Source: a virus
Taxonomy: Duplodnaviria; Caudoviricetes
DNA: 33,697 nucleotides
Direction: 5' to 3' (one strand)
Virus record (IMG/VR): IMGVR_UViG_3300030109_001481
Span: 1 to 33,697 of that record
Below the pieces are notes generated by a model. The model was not told the DNA's origin. It did not search any database and was given only the letters and a program-made list of their open reading frames with translations. Position numbers and translations under genes: made by a program. Shown piece by piece: positions 1 to 9,657 of this stretch (its first letter is position 1; each line of letters opens with the position of its first letter).

Positions 1-3000
1 TTTAGTCATGTAGATTTAAATGCAACAGGAACTTTCTGTTTAGCTCAGAATAATTCTGGTAAAACAATTATGAATGCCGCAAGTGGTCAGCCTATTGCTT
101 TTAAAATAGCTAATACTGATAAAGCCATAATTTCTTCATCTGGATATTTTGGAGTCGGAACTGAAATCCCAGATACAGAAATTCATATAAAACAAGGGAA
201 TGCTGGTTCTGTAGACACTCACGCTAACTATATAATGACTCTAGAAGGAGGTGGTGATACATTACTACAATTTCAGACCCCCAATGATGCTACAGATGTA
301 GGAATTATTTGGGGTGACCCAGATGATAAAGATGTTGGAGCATTTAAATATGACCATGATACAGATTCTTTAAAGTTTACAGTTGGTGCAAGGCAGTCTC
401 TGGTTCTTGAATCTGGTTTAACTACAACAGGCTCAGTACTAACATTATCCACAGCAGAAACAACCATTGTTGCAAATGATGTTTTAGGTAAGATTAATTT
501 TAAAGCACCTCTGGAGGCAAGTGGAACAGATGCAATATTAGTAGGGGCATCAATTCATGCTTTAGCTACTGGTACATTTGCGGCAGATAATAATGCAACT
601 GATTTAATATTCAGCACAGGAGCAAGTGAAACAGCTACCGAAAAAGCCAGAATTTCATCTGATGGAAAATTAGGAATTGGAACTGGTGGAAATGTAGATG
701 AACTTCTCCATGTCCAAAATGATTCTAATAATGCTGTAATAAAAATAGAAGCTGGAAGTTCTGGAAATGGTGCAAGATTACAACTGACTTCAGCGACTAA
801 TGACACTGGCGATATAAACTTTGGTGATTCTGGAGATACAAATATAGGTCGCATCAAATATGACCATACTGACAATTATTTAGCAATCCATACTAATGAT
901 ACTGAAAAATTAAGAATTACATCCGGTGGTGTTTTAATGGTTGGTCATACGAGTCCCACCACCACAGGAAATTTAACTGCTCAAGCACAGATTGAAACAA
1001 CTGGTGCAAGTGCAGCATTGGCAATAACCAGAAACACGAATGGTGCTTATGGAAGTTATTTGGTTTTAGCTAAGTCAAGGTCTGGTGCAGTTGGTGGCAA
1101 TACAATACTACAGGATGGTGATGAGATAGGCACAGTTAGATTTTCTGGAGCAGATGGCACTGATAGAGCAAGTCATGCCGCAGAAATTAGTGGTCAAGTT
1201 GATGGTACACCAGGAAGCAATGATATGCCCGGAAGATTGGTCTTTAAAACAACTGCTGATGGTGCAAGTTCAGCTACAGAAAGAATGAGAATTGATTCTA
1301 CTGGTAATGTCGGAATTGGAGTTACTCCAAATTCTACTACATCTTTGCATATTGCTCAAAATGCATCTGCTAAAACTGAATATATTAGGCTAGATAATAC
1401 TGGAGGAGTAGACTATTCTTTTCATCTAGGTTATTCTACAACAGATAATTTCTTAATGGCTGATAGTGCTGGAAGAGTTTTATTCACAGCTCATAGCGGA
1501 AATGCTGGGGTGGGAACAACCTCACCTAGACAAATGTTTCATGCTTATGATGCAACTGCCGATATTGTAGGTCTATTTCAAAGTGGTGATGCGGGTGCTT
1601 ATGTATCTTTCAGGGATAATTCTACAGGGGCTGATGACAATGTATTTATTGGAGCTAGTGGTGCAAACTTAGCTTTCTATCAAGCTAATGGTTTAAAAAT
1701 GCTTATTGATGCCAATTCCAAAATTTCACTAAGTAATAATGATGCTAATACTTCTAATACAGTTTTTGGTAAAAGTGCTTTTAATGATGGAGGTTCAGAT
1801 GTAGGTGCTGATTATAATGTAGCTATTGGCGAACTGGCTATGGGAACTGGTACTATTGCAGCAGCTCAAAGTAATACTGCTATCGGTTACAGGGCATTGA
1901 CAGATATTACTGGTAACGGTGGAGGTGGTGATGATAATGTTGCAATAGGATATGATGCGGCTACAAACTTGACAACTGGTAGAAGTAGTGTGGCGATTGG
2001 TAAGGATAGTTTGGCTACAGCAACAACTACTAATTATTGTGTTGCAATCGGAGAAAGTGCTGGAACAGCAATAAATCACGCTGATGGTGCTGGTCAGGTT
2101 TTGATAGGATACCAAGCTGGTCATGACCTTACTTCAGGCGCTGGTAATACAATGATTGGAAAATTTGCGGGAGATAAAACTGTTTCAAACAGTTATAATA
2201 CTTATGTGGGTTTTGAGAACGGAAGAGGCGATGGATTTTCAAATGTTGCTATAGGCGCACAATCTTTTGACCATACAGGTGGACAAGCTGATAAATGTGT
2301 AATTATTGGAACACAAGCTATGAGAGGTGACCACCAGTTAGGAGCAGATGAAACTGTTGCAGTTGGGGCGGCATCAATGGTGGCTCTTGTATCAGGGGAG
2401 CATAATGTAGCTGTTGGATATAGAGCACAAAATGCGAATACCGATTATGATAATAACACAGCAGTTGGTCACGATTCTTTGCTTTATGCAAATGGAACTA
2501 ATAATACTGCAATAGGACGAGAATCTGGTTGGAGTATAAACACTGGTTCGCAAAATACTTTTCTTGGGGCATCTTCTGGTGGAGGGGCTTCGGGTTCATC
2601 TAATAGAATAACAAGTAATAATAATACTGGTATTGGTTATAAATCACTATATGATGCTAAAACAGATGCTGAACAAAACACAGCAGTTGGTTCAGTAAGT
2701 GGTGAAAATATTACGACTGGAGATAATAACACTCTTGTGGGATTCCAATGTGGTGATGCTCTTACCACTACAACTCATAATACAGCTATAGGTGTTGATG
2801 CTCTTGGTGGTTCAAGCCTTGTAAGTAATGCAACTGTAATAGGTTCTCAGGCTTGTGATGCGGCTGTAACTGCTGATGCAGATGGTGTTGTTGCTGTGGG
2901 GTATGCTGCTCTTGGTGCTTTAACAAGTGGAGGAGGGAATACGGCTGTAGGATACCAAACGGGATTAGCGATTGATACTCAAACTAATTGCACATTAGTT

Positions 3001-3789
3001 GGTTATCAAGCGGGTATGGATATTACTCATGACAATGCTGGTAGCTCAACTTTAATTGGATATAAAGCGGGAACAGATATTACAGAGGGTAAACAGAATA
3101 CTGCTATAGGTGCAAATGCTCTTTTAGATTGTACAACAGCAGATTATAATGTTGCTATAGGCAATAATGCTTTAGAAAATGTTAGCACTGGTTCAAATAA
3201 TATGAATACAGGCATAGGATATGCATCTGCGGCAACACTTACTACCGGTACAAACAATACACTTTTAGGAACACAAGCAGATGTTAGTGCTAGTGGGGCG
3301 ACTGGTCAGATAGCAATAGGAAAAGGTGTTGCTTGTACTGGTGATAATATAGCGACATTAGGTATTGGTTCTAATACTGCATCTTTAGGGCTAGATGGTA
3401 GCGACACATCTTGGGCGGCGGCATCATCTGATGAAAGATTAAAAGAAAATATAGAAACATCATCCGCTGGTCTTGGATTTATTAATGACTTACGACCAGT
3501 GACATATAATTGGAAAAAAGCAAAAGATGTTGATAAAAGTTTGCCACAATATGAAGATTCTGATAACCCAGTATTAGGCAAAGAATATGGTGAAACTTTA
3601 CATGGATTTATTGCTCAAGAAGTAAAACAAGCAATAGACAGTCACGAAGAACTGGCTGATGGTTTTAAAATGTGGAAGTTGAAAGATGATGGAACTCAGA
3701 CTGTCGCTGATGGAAACCTTCTTCCAATACTTGTAAAGGCAGTTCAAGAATTAAGTGCAAAAGTAGAAGAATTAGAAAGTAAAGGATAA
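1..3789 (+). CDS. Long tail/virion fibre protein, C-terminal part, with intramolecular chaperone (peptidase S74) domain; 5' truncated by the window edge
   Basis: Frame is open from base 1. Contains repeated 'ERMRIDSTGNVGIG/EKLRITSGG' fibre modules, many 'NTAVG/NVAIG' repeats (YadA-head-like), and a C-terminal 'SSDERLKENI...LRPVTYNWK...HGFIAQEV...LVKAVQEL' S74 signature. Confidence 0.9.
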   Translation, partial: FSHVDLNATGTFCLAQNNSGKTIMNAASGQPIAFKIANTDKAIISSSGYFGVGTEIPDTEIHIKQGNAGSVDTHANYIMTLEGGGDTLLQFQTPNDATDVGIIWGDPDDKDVGAFKYDHDTDSLKFTVGARQSLVLESGLTTTGSVLTLSTAETTIVANDVLGKINFKAPLEASGTDAILVGASIHALATGTFAADNNATDLIFSTGASETATEKARISSDGKLGIGTGGNVDELLHVQNDSNNAVIKIEAGSSGNGARLQLTSATNDTGDINFGDSGDTNIGRIKYDHTDNYLAIHTNDTEKLRITSGGVLMVGHTSPTTTGNLTAQAQIETTGASAALAITRNTNGAYGSYLVLAKSRSGAVGGNTILQDGDEIGTVRFSGADGTDRASHAAEISGQVDGTPGSNDMPGRLVFKTTADGASSATERMRIDSTGNVGIGVTPNSTTSLHIAQNASAKTEYIRLDNTGGVDYSFHLGYSTTDNFLMADSAGRVLFTAHSGNAGVGTTSPRQMFHAYDATADIVGLFQSGDAGAYVSFRDNSTGADDNVFIGASGANLAFYQANGLKMLIDANSKISLSNNDANTSNTVFGKSAFNDGGSDVGADYNVAIGELAMGTGTIAAAQSNTAIGYRALTDITGNGGGGDDNVAIGYDAATNLTTGRSSVAIGKDSLATATTTNYCVAIGESAGTAINHADGAGQVLIGYQAGHDLTSGAGNTMIGKFAGDKTVSNSYNTYVGFENGRGDGFSNVAIGAQSFDHTGGQADKCVIIGTQAMRGDHQLGADETVAVGAASMVALVSGEHNVAVGYRAQNANTDYDNNTAVGHDSLLYANGTNNTAIGRESGWSINTGSQNTFLGASSGGGASGSSNRITSNNNTGIGYKSLYDAKTDAEQNTAVGSVSGENITTGDNNTLVGFQCGDALTTTTHNTAIGVDALGGSSLVSNATVIGSQACDAAVTADADGVVAVGYAALGALTSGGGNTAVGYQTGLAIDTQTNCTLVGYQAGMDITHDNAGSSTLIGYKAGTDITEGKQNTAIGANALLDCTTADYNVAIGNNALENVSTGSNNMNTGIGYASAATLTTGTNNTLLGTQADVSASGATGQIAIGKGVACTGDNIATLGIGSNTASLGLDGSDTSWAAASSDERLKENIETSSAGLGFINDLRPVTYNWKKAKDVDKSLPQYEDSDNPVLGKEYGETLHGFIAQEVKQAIDSHEELADGFKMWKLKDDGTQTVADGNLLPILVKAVQELSAKVEELESKG

Positions 3790-3793
3790 ATAA

Positions 3794-4075
3794 ATGAAAT
3801 GGTCAAATTATAGCACATTAAAATCTGCAAGTAAAGTTGGATTTGAAAAGGTTGCTGAAGAAAGTAAAGATGGCGTGGTCTTAAAACCAGCTCATATTGT
3901 TTTATCTAAAAAGCAATTTGATGTTGAAACTGGTGAAGCATTATCTGATTCAAAACGAGAAATAGGTTTAAAAGAGTTAAAATATGAAAAAGCTCGTTAC
4001 GATGATATAATGGCAAAGGCTAAAGCAGAAAGTGATGAACTTGCAAAAGCAATAGAAGATTTTAAAAAACTTTAA
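3794..4075 (+). CDS. Hypothetical protein (possibly fibre-associated)
   Basis: 93-aa ORF directly after the fibre gene; AAGGA upstream; C-terminal coiled coil. Confidence 0.7.
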   Translation: MKWSNYSTLKSASKVGFEKVAEESKDGVVLKPAHIVLSKKQFDVETGEALSDSKREIGLKELKYEKARYDDIMAKAKAESDELAKAIEDFKKL

Positions 4076-4094
4076 CTAACATAAGGAGTCAATA

Positions 4095-4349
4095 ATGGCT
4101 AAAAAAGAAAATCAATCGCCAATTCTTTCTCTTAATGGTAAAGAGTATGATGTAAACAGCGATTTAAATGATGAACAAAAACAGATGTATTTACATTTAA
4201 AAAACATAGATGAAAAAATAAACTCTAATAACTTCATTCAACAGCAGTTAGCAGTTTCAAGGGATGGGTTTATTAGGTTGATAGAAGAATCTATTGCAAA
4301 GTCAGAAGAAGATCATTCACCACATGACCCAGGGGATGAAAACGACTAA
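4095..4349 (+). CDS. Hypothetical protein, coiled coil (possible fibre assembly helper)
   Basis: Strong SD (TAAGGAG); 84 aa. Confidence 0.7.
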   Translation: MAKKENQSPILSLNGKEYDVNSDLNDEQKQMYLHLKNIDEKINSNNFIQQQLAVSRDGFIRLIEESIAKSEEDHSPHDPGDEND

Positions 4350-4639
4350 TGATTATACGATACGCCTATGATAATGATGTGGTTATCCATTTAAATAATA
4401 AAAAAGGGATGACAAAAAAAGTGAAGTTGGCTGATGGAACTTTAATCACATTAACATATCCAAGCAGTAAGAAATACTTTCTTAGAAATGGTGAGTCTAT
4501 AATTAAAAAAAGTGATTCATTTAAAACCATTGAAGAAGAATATGTAAAAGAGTGTGAAAAATTAAAAGACTCTGATGGTCATGGGCGTATCGATATTGTA
4601 AAACATAAACTAATAAATAATAAGGTTTTTGATAGATGA
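4349..4639 (+). CDS. Hypothetical protein
   Basis: TAATG stop/start overlap with the previous ORF. Confidence 0.65.
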   Translation: MIIRYAYDNDVVIHLNNKKGMTKKVKLADGTLITLTYPSSKKYFLRNGESIIKKSDSFKTIEEEYVKECEKLKDSDGHGRIDIVKHKLINNKVFDR

Positions 4640-4785
4640 AAAAGACAATTAAGAAAAGTAAATTTATAACAAACCCTATGATTATTATAGATTATTTACC
4701 TTTAGGTTATACTACTATTATTAACAATTTAAAGTCAAACAACTCTTCTACTACAGAATACATTGAGGAAAAGGTTAGTGAGTGA
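4636..4785 (+). CDS. Small hypothetical protein (49 aa, not in ORF track)
   Basis: ATGA overlap with the previous ORF; fills the gap to the next gene: MKKTIKKSKF...EEKVSE. Confidence 0.45.
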   Translation: MKKTIKKSKFITNPMIIIDYLPLGYTTIINNLKSNNSSTTEYIEEKVSE

Positions 4786-5098
4786 AAAGCCTAAAACTGC
4801 TAGGAGTTATAGAGGGGCAATTGTTGATGACAATGCCATTATATCACTTAATATTAAATTTCTTGCTAATGTTATTCTTGCGATTGGTGCATTAGTCTAT
4901 GGATACTGGAAAGTTGAAACACGAATTGCAACTCTTGAAGGCAAAATGCTTGAGGCTAATGAACAGATTGGGAGTTTACTTGATAAACATATCGTGGAAG
5001 AAAGGGTTGAAAGAGCCGAGTTGGCGAAAAAAGTAGCATTCTATGAAAAAGAGTTTAATATTAATCCACTTAGTTGGGGGAAACGTAAAAAGAAATGA
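4778..5098 (+). CDS. Single-TM coiled-coil protein (possible lysis accessory)
   Basis: Likely GTG start at 4778; hydrophobic segment FLANVILAIGALVYGYW followed by coiled coil. Confidence 0.6.
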   Translation: MSEKPKTARSYRGAIVDDNAIISLNIKFLANVILAIGALVYGYWKVETRIATLEGKMLEANEQIGSLLDKHIVEERVERAELAKKVAFYEKEFNINPLSWGKRKKK

Positions 5099-5220
5099 GT
5101 GAACAGAAAGAATCTGAAATTAGAAGTCAAGTATATCTTATGGTAATGAGGAATCTAGGTAAAAACAAAGAAACAAAAAGAATTTTAAATAAGTTTTTAA
5201 AATGTATTAAGGGTATATAA
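5095..5220 (+). CDS. Small hypothetical protein (41 aa, not in ORF track)
   Basis: ATGA overlap upstream and TAATG overlap downstream: MSEQKESEIR...KCIKGI. Confidence 0.55.
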   Translation: MSEQKESEIRSQVYLMVMRNLGKNKETKRILNKFLKCIKGI

Positions 5221-5546
5221 TGGATACAGCCGCACTATTAGAAGCATATGGTACTCTAGGAGCAACTGGTATGATTTCACTCTTATTCGGGTTCATGATT
5301 ACCAATCTAATAAAATCTCAAGCCTCACAACAAGATACTTTAGAAAACTTAAAAGTTGAAAACAAAGGTCAGTCTGAGACTTTAGAAAACACTGAAGGAA
5401 TGATTATAAAATTAATTCAACGCTGGAATCAATCAGATGATAAGTTGGATAGAAAGTTTGATGCAATTACAAAAGAAATAAATGATTTAGATAACCAGGT
5501 TTCAAGAATTGAAGGCTCTTTAAGTAGGATAAACGGAAAACATTGA
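5220..5546 (+). CDS. Putative holin-like membrane protein
   Basis: N-terminal TM (YGTLGATGMISLLFGFMI) plus long coiled coil; lies near the putative endolysin. Confidence 0.5.
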   Translation: MDTAALLEAYGTLGATGMISLLFGFMITNLIKSQASQQDTLENLKVENKGQSETLENTEGMIIKLIQRWNQSDDKLDRKFDAITKEINDLDNQVSRIEGSLSRINGKH

Positions 5547-5833
5547 TGAAAGACCCTAGATTGAAAAGATTTGGATTAGGTGGCTATAATAAACCGAAGC
5601 GAACACCTAAACATCCAAGCAAGTCTCATGTTGTGTTAGCTAGATATCGTAAAGGTGGTGGGTATGAAACAAAACTAATAAGATTTGGTCAGCAAGGTGT
5701 AAGAGGTGCAGGAAAAAACCCAAGAACAAAAGCGTCAAGGGCAAGAAGAGCTGCATTTAAAGCTCGCCATGCTAAAAACATTGCTAAAGGTCGCAGCAGT
5801 GCTGCCTATTGGGCAAACAAGGTGAAATGGTAA
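5543..5833 (+). CDS. Highly basic conserved phage protein (DUF6321-like)
   Basis: 'KSHVVLA...KLIRFGQQG...RRAAFKARH...SAAYWANKVKW' pattern, which I recall from marine phages; very K/R-rich. Confidence 0.65.
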   Translation: MMKDPRLKRFGLGGYNKPKRTPKHPSKSHVVLARYRKGGGYETKLIRFGQQGVRGAGKNPRTKASRARRAAFKARHAKNIAKGRSSAAYWANKVKW

Positions 5834-6036
5834 TGGATTACGAAAGTGTAGATGACTACAGAAGTGATATTAGAGAAAGACTTGCTAGTATTGAAACAAT
5901 ATTAAATAGAGAATTGCCTGATATTAAAGAACAATTAAAGATTGCTAATGGTAGAACAAGAGCTTTAGAAAACTGGAGAAACTTTACACTTGGTGGAATG
6001 GCAATAATAATTTTTTTATTAAGTAACCTAAAATAA
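5833..6036 (+). CDS. XhlA/holin-like membrane protein
   Basis: Probable start at 5833 (TAATG overlap); coiled coil 'NGRTRALENWR' followed by a C-terminal TM. Confidence 0.55.
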   Translation: MDYESVDDYRSDIRERLASIETILNRELPDIKEQLKIANGRTRALENWRNFTLGGMAIIIFLLSNLK

Positions 6037-6046
6037 GGAAAAACAA

Positions 6047-6331
6047 ATGATGAACTTAGATGAATTAAAAAAGATGGTAATTGAAACAAGTGAAGAAACC
6101 ATTGAAGATAATCTGCCGCTAGTTATGGCTAGTGTTGAAGAAATGATGTTAGAAAAAATGGATTCAGATGATGTTAAAAAAGACTTGGCAACCTGGTTAA
6201 ATAAAAAACTTAATTTGCCAGTAATGAATGAAAAACAGGAGCAAAAATTATTTGAAAGTGTAATTGATAAAGTTCAAAGTTTCTTTGTTGTATTAATACC
6301 TAAATTGTTCAAAGCTGTGTTGAAGAAATAA
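6047..6331 (+). CDS. Hypothetical protein
   Basis: SD AAGGA; 94 aa; TAATG overlap with the next gene. Confidence 0.65.
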   Translation: MMNLDELKKMVIETSEETIEDNLPLVMASVEEMMLEKMDSDDVKKDLATWLNKKLNLPVMNEKQEQKLFESVIDKVQSFFVVLIPKLFKAVLKK

Positions 6332-6819
6332 TGATTGACTCAATGCAAATGCTAAGTGTAATAAAAGAAACCCTTGAGGAAATGGGTTCTAAATATGCTA
6401 GTCATGATGCTATGATGTTGATTTACAGAACTGGTATTGTTGAATCTAAATACAAGTATGTAATGCAACAAGGCGGAAACAATATAGCCAGAGGCTTTTG
6501 GCAATGTGAACCCTGGGTAGCTGTTAGTCTTTGTAAAGATTATCTTCAGTATAGAAAAGAACTTTTAAAAAAGGTGGCTGGAATATGTCATCTTGATTGG
6601 AGTTATTTCACAAACCCTGATGAAGAAAAATGGGAAGATGTACTAACTACTAATTTAAAAGCTGGAATTGTTTGTTGTAGGTTGCATTATTGGAGAGTTC
6701 CAAAACCTATGCCAAAATCTTTAGATGACCAAGCAGTCTACTGGAAGGCTTTTTATAATTCACATAAGGGTGCTGGAACAACAAAGCATTTCAAAGAATT
6801 GGTTGTTAAGTATGGGTGA
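6331..6819 (+). CDS. Putative endolysin (lysozyme-like fold)
   Basis: Catalytic-like 'VES', 'ARGFWQCEP' and 'YWK.FYNS..GAGT' motifs; lies among membrane-protein genes. Confidence 0.6.
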   Translation: MIDSMQMLSVIKETLEEMGSKYASHDAMMLIYRTGIVESKYKYVMQQGGNNIARGFWQCEPWVAVSLCKDYLQYRKELLKKVAGICHLDWSYFTNPDEEKWEDVLTTNLKAGIVCCRLHYWRVPKPMPKSLDDQAVYWKAFYNSHKGAGTTKHFKELVVKYG

Positions 6820-7858
6820 AGAACTAATTAAAGATATTGATGGAAACATTATTGGGTGTCCAGGTTGTGGGGCAAGGTCAATCTATAAAAGTGGGTTTTT
6901 ATATCGGGCAAATACTAAGAAGCAGCAGTGGAAATGCAGAGCCTGTGGAAGAAGGACGGTAGCCCCAACAATATTAGAAAAAACTAATTTTATTGCAGAA
7001 GAAATAGAACCAGATTTTATGCCAATTGAAGAATTAATTGAGCATAGAAAAAAGAAATATGCAATACAGGTAAAAGCTAAAGAATCTAGGAAATTAATTA
7101 ATATAGATATTAAAACAGATGGAGTCATAGGGATATGCCACTTTGGTGACCCTCACATTGATGATGATGGAACTAATATTGCAGAAATATATTCTTTATG
7201 CAATCTAATTAATAAAACGGATGGAATGTTTGCTGGAAATCTAGGTGATGTTCAAAATAACTGGGTTGGAAGATTGTCTTTTTTATATGGGCAACAATCA
7301 ACATCAGCTAAAGAGTCATGGAGGCTCACAGAACATTTTGTTAATAGTGTTAATTGGCTTTATTTAGTAGCAGGGAATCATGATGTTTGGTCAGGCGATG
7401 GAGACCCTTTAGACTTTATAATGCGTGACCATAAAGGAGTATATGAAAAGTGGGGGGCAAGACTAAATCTTAGGTTTCCAAATAAAAAAAATATCAGAAT
7501 CAATGCTAGGCATTATTTTAAAGGAAATTCAATGTGGAATACTGCGCATGGTGTAGCAAAAGCTGCCCAAATGGGTTGGAAAGACCATGTATTAACCTGT
7601 GGGCATACTCATGTTTCAGGCTATCAAGTTTTAAAAGATAGTGCATCAGGCTTAATTTCTCACGCAATACAAGTAGCAAGTTTTAAGATTATGGACAAAT
7701 ATGCAGAAAAGTTAGGGCTAGATGATAAAAACATTTTTAATGCACCAGTTACAATTATTGACCCAAGATATGAAGATGATGATAACAGGCTTATAACAAC
7801 AATTTTTAATCCTTATGAAGCGGCAGAATATTTAACATGGAAAAGATTACAGAAATAA
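6812..7858 (+). CDS. Calcineurin-like metallophosphoesterase with N-terminal Zn ribbon
   Basis: Likely start ATG 6812. CPGC...CRAC ribbon; motifs GDPH, GD, GNHD, H and GHTH in canonical order. Confidence 0.85.
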   Translation: MGEELIKDIDGNIIGCPGCGARSIYKSGFLYRANTKKQQWKCRACGRRTVAPTILEKTNFIAEEIEPDFMPIEELIEHRKKKYAIQVKAKESRKLINIDIKTDGVIGICHFGDPHIDDDGTNIAEIYSLCNLINKTDGMFAGNLGDVQNNWVGRLSFLYGQQSTSAKESWRLTEHFVNSVNWLYLVAGNHDVWSGDGDPLDFIMRDHKGVYEKWGARLNLRFPNKKNIRINARHYFKGNSMWNTAHGVAKAAQMGWKDHVLTCGHTHVSGYQVLKDSASGLISHAIQVASFKIMDKYAEKLGLDDKNIFNAPVTIIDPRYEDDDNRLITTIFNPYEAAEYLTWKRLQK

Positions 7859-8064
7859 ATACAGATAGTTGTGACAATAATGCTTTTGAAGTTATTATGA
7901 GGTGTAAAGAATTAGCAAAACACATAGACCTTTCTAACATAATTCTTGACAACACAAGCATTGATGAAAAAGAAATGTTAATTAATTTGATTGAAGGGAT
8001 TAGAAGTTTAGAATTAGAAATAATTGAATATGAACCGAATTTTATACCAGAGGCAAAAGCATGA
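7837..8064 (+). CDS. Hypothetical acidic protein
   Basis: Overlaps both neighbours; 75 aa. Confidence 0.55.
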   Translation: MEKITEINTDSCDNNAFEVIMRCKELAKHIDLSNIILDNTSIDEKEMLINLIEGIRSLELEIIEYEPNFIPEAKA

Positions 8065-9047
8065 GCACTTATTATGAATCATACTGCAACACAACTACAG
8101 ACTTACTATTTATTGAGCCAAATTTAGCCGAATATGACGGGAAAAGAGTTTTAGCAAGTAATTTCACTACTACTGATACAACGAACCTTTATCAGCTTAA
8201 CAACAGTGGATATATTTCCCAGTTATACAGAGATGGAATTGAAATGACTGCTGTAACAGATAGCCCAAATGCTGACAATGAATATAATTATAGCAGTAGC
8301 ACAGATTCTTTTCAGTTCTTTTTAGCTTCAAGTTCTGTATCTGGATTAAATAGTGCAGTGTTTGAAGCATCTAGAGATTGGGCAGATTTAAAAACAGAAG
8401 CAGCAAAAAGAGCTAGTGATTTTGTAAGAAATTATTTGCCTTTTCCAATTCATAAAAACAAAGGCATTGGAACAGCAGATGCAGTGGGTAATGATTATCC
8501 AGAAATAATTGTTAGAAGCACAGCAGTTATGACAGTTGAATCCTTAATAAGACCTTATGATTTTGAAAAAGCTGATTTAATTAAAAGCCAGGCTATTAAT
8601 GAAGAAGGGACTGGCTGGTTAGATATGTTAAGAACTGGGAAAATATCTCTTTATAGTAGTGAATCAGAACAAAAGTACAAGGGTATTTTAAAAGACGTTT
8701 CAATAAATGCTAATACAACAGGTGGTGTTGTTGATGTAAAAGGAAAAGCCAGTGTAAGTTGGGATGCAATCAAGATTATTATAGCAAATGGGGGAACAAT
8801 AACAGCAGCAAGTGAGAACACTTCAGTCACTTATTCTACATTTACTAAAAATGAAAAAGGGTTAAAGTTGAATCAAAATGCAAATGCAGAGGTTATTGAT
8901 TGCGGTTGGCAAAGTGTGGGGCATAATATGTGGATACGATTTACCCCAGGGCTTTACACTACTAACGACGAGTGGGAGCTTGAAGTTAGTGGGGTTTTAG
9001 ACCAAAGATTTACACCAATTAAAATGATTTCAACAAGTAGGTATTAA
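8061..9047 (+). CDS. Putative head-tail adaptor with extra domains
   Basis: First gene of the neck/tail module; N-terminal 'YCNTTTDL' and 'ASDFVRNYL...WLDMLRTG' resemble gp6/Mu gp36-type adaptors. Confidence 0.5.
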   Translation: MSTYYESYCNTTTDLLFIEPNLAEYDGKRVLASNFTTTDTTNLYQLNNSGYISQLYRDGIEMTAVTDSPNADNEYNYSSSTDSFQFFLASSSVSGLNSAVFEASRDWADLKTEAAKRASDFVRNYLPFPIHKNKGIGTADAVGNDYPEIIVRSTAVMTVESLIRPYDFEKADLIKSQAINEEGTGWLDMLRTGKISLYSSESEQKYKGILKDVSINANTTGGVVDVKGKASVSWDAIKIIIANGGTITAASENTSVTYSTFTKNEKGLKLNQNANAEVIDCGWQSVGHNMWIRFTPGLYTTNDEWELEVSGVLDQRFTPIKMISTSRY

Positions 9048-9469
9048 TGCCAATTACATATTCAAATACAATTTATGATGATATAATGGAAACACTTGCA
9101 ACATTAATTAATGATGAATTGGGGGTAGCTGTTTATTATGATGAACATAAGCCACCACAGTCTATTCTTTTAACTCCATTGTCAGATGATTTAGTTACTA
9201 ATCTATCATCAGGGGTTCAAAGGGAATATGGCATTGAAATTAATTATCAATTAAAAGTTGGTGGTACATATACAAAAAACAATATGAAGCAAGTAAGCAA
9301 TATTATGGAAAGGCTAAAAAGGTTAATTCACAACAATACTTCTTATTCTAGTGGTTCAGTTTGGTTTGATGCAAATATAACAAGTATTGAATATGAAAGA
9401 GACGAAGATGATTTAAGTCTTTTAAGGGGAATTGGAACATTTAATTGTAATAACATAGAGGTTATGTAA
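9047..9469 (+). CDS. Putative tail terminator/completion protein
   Basis: 140 aa, positioned before the major tail protein, size and alpha/beta pattern fit. Confidence 0.55.
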   Translation: MPITYSNTIYDDIMETLATLINDELGVAVYYDEHKPPQSILLTPLSDDLVTNLSSGVQREYGIEINYQLKVGGTYTKNNMKQVSNIMERLKRLIHNNTSYSSGSVWFDANITSIEYERDEDDLSLLRGIGTFNCNNIEVM

Positions 9470-9657
9470 TGAAAGTAAAAGCAAAGTTAAATAAATTTCA
9501 TAGAGTTAATCCAAATGGGGTTCTTTGTGACAAGGTTTCACTTAATAAACTCAGGGAAGGTGAAACAGTAGATATACCTGAAGATGCCGCAGACGAATTA
9601 CTAGGAATGGGGTTTGTTGAAAAGGCAAAAACAAAAAAAACTAAGGAGGCTAAATAA
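9469..9657 (+). CDS. Small virion-module protein
   Basis: 'GETVDIPEDAADELLGMGFVE' pattern; coupled to both neighbours. Confidence 0.55.
   Translation: MKVKAKLNKFHRVNPNGVLCDKVSLNKLREGETVDIPEDAADELLGMGFVEKAKTKKTKEAK

Noticed and set aside
1-3789. Diversity-generating retroelement target
   Set aside because: No reverse transcriptase and no TR/VR nucleotide repeat pair noticed; the repeats are at protein level only.
6725-6811. Long 5' extensions in the ORF track (also 4763, 5809, 17045, 17562, 18918, 29662)
   Set aside because: Downstream starts have better SD sequences or stop/start coupling; the extensions overlap upstream genes or promoters.
6812-6960. IS1-like transposase remnant
   Set aside because: The Zn ribbon is fused in frame to a phosphoesterase; no DDE domain or terminal inverted repeats were seen.
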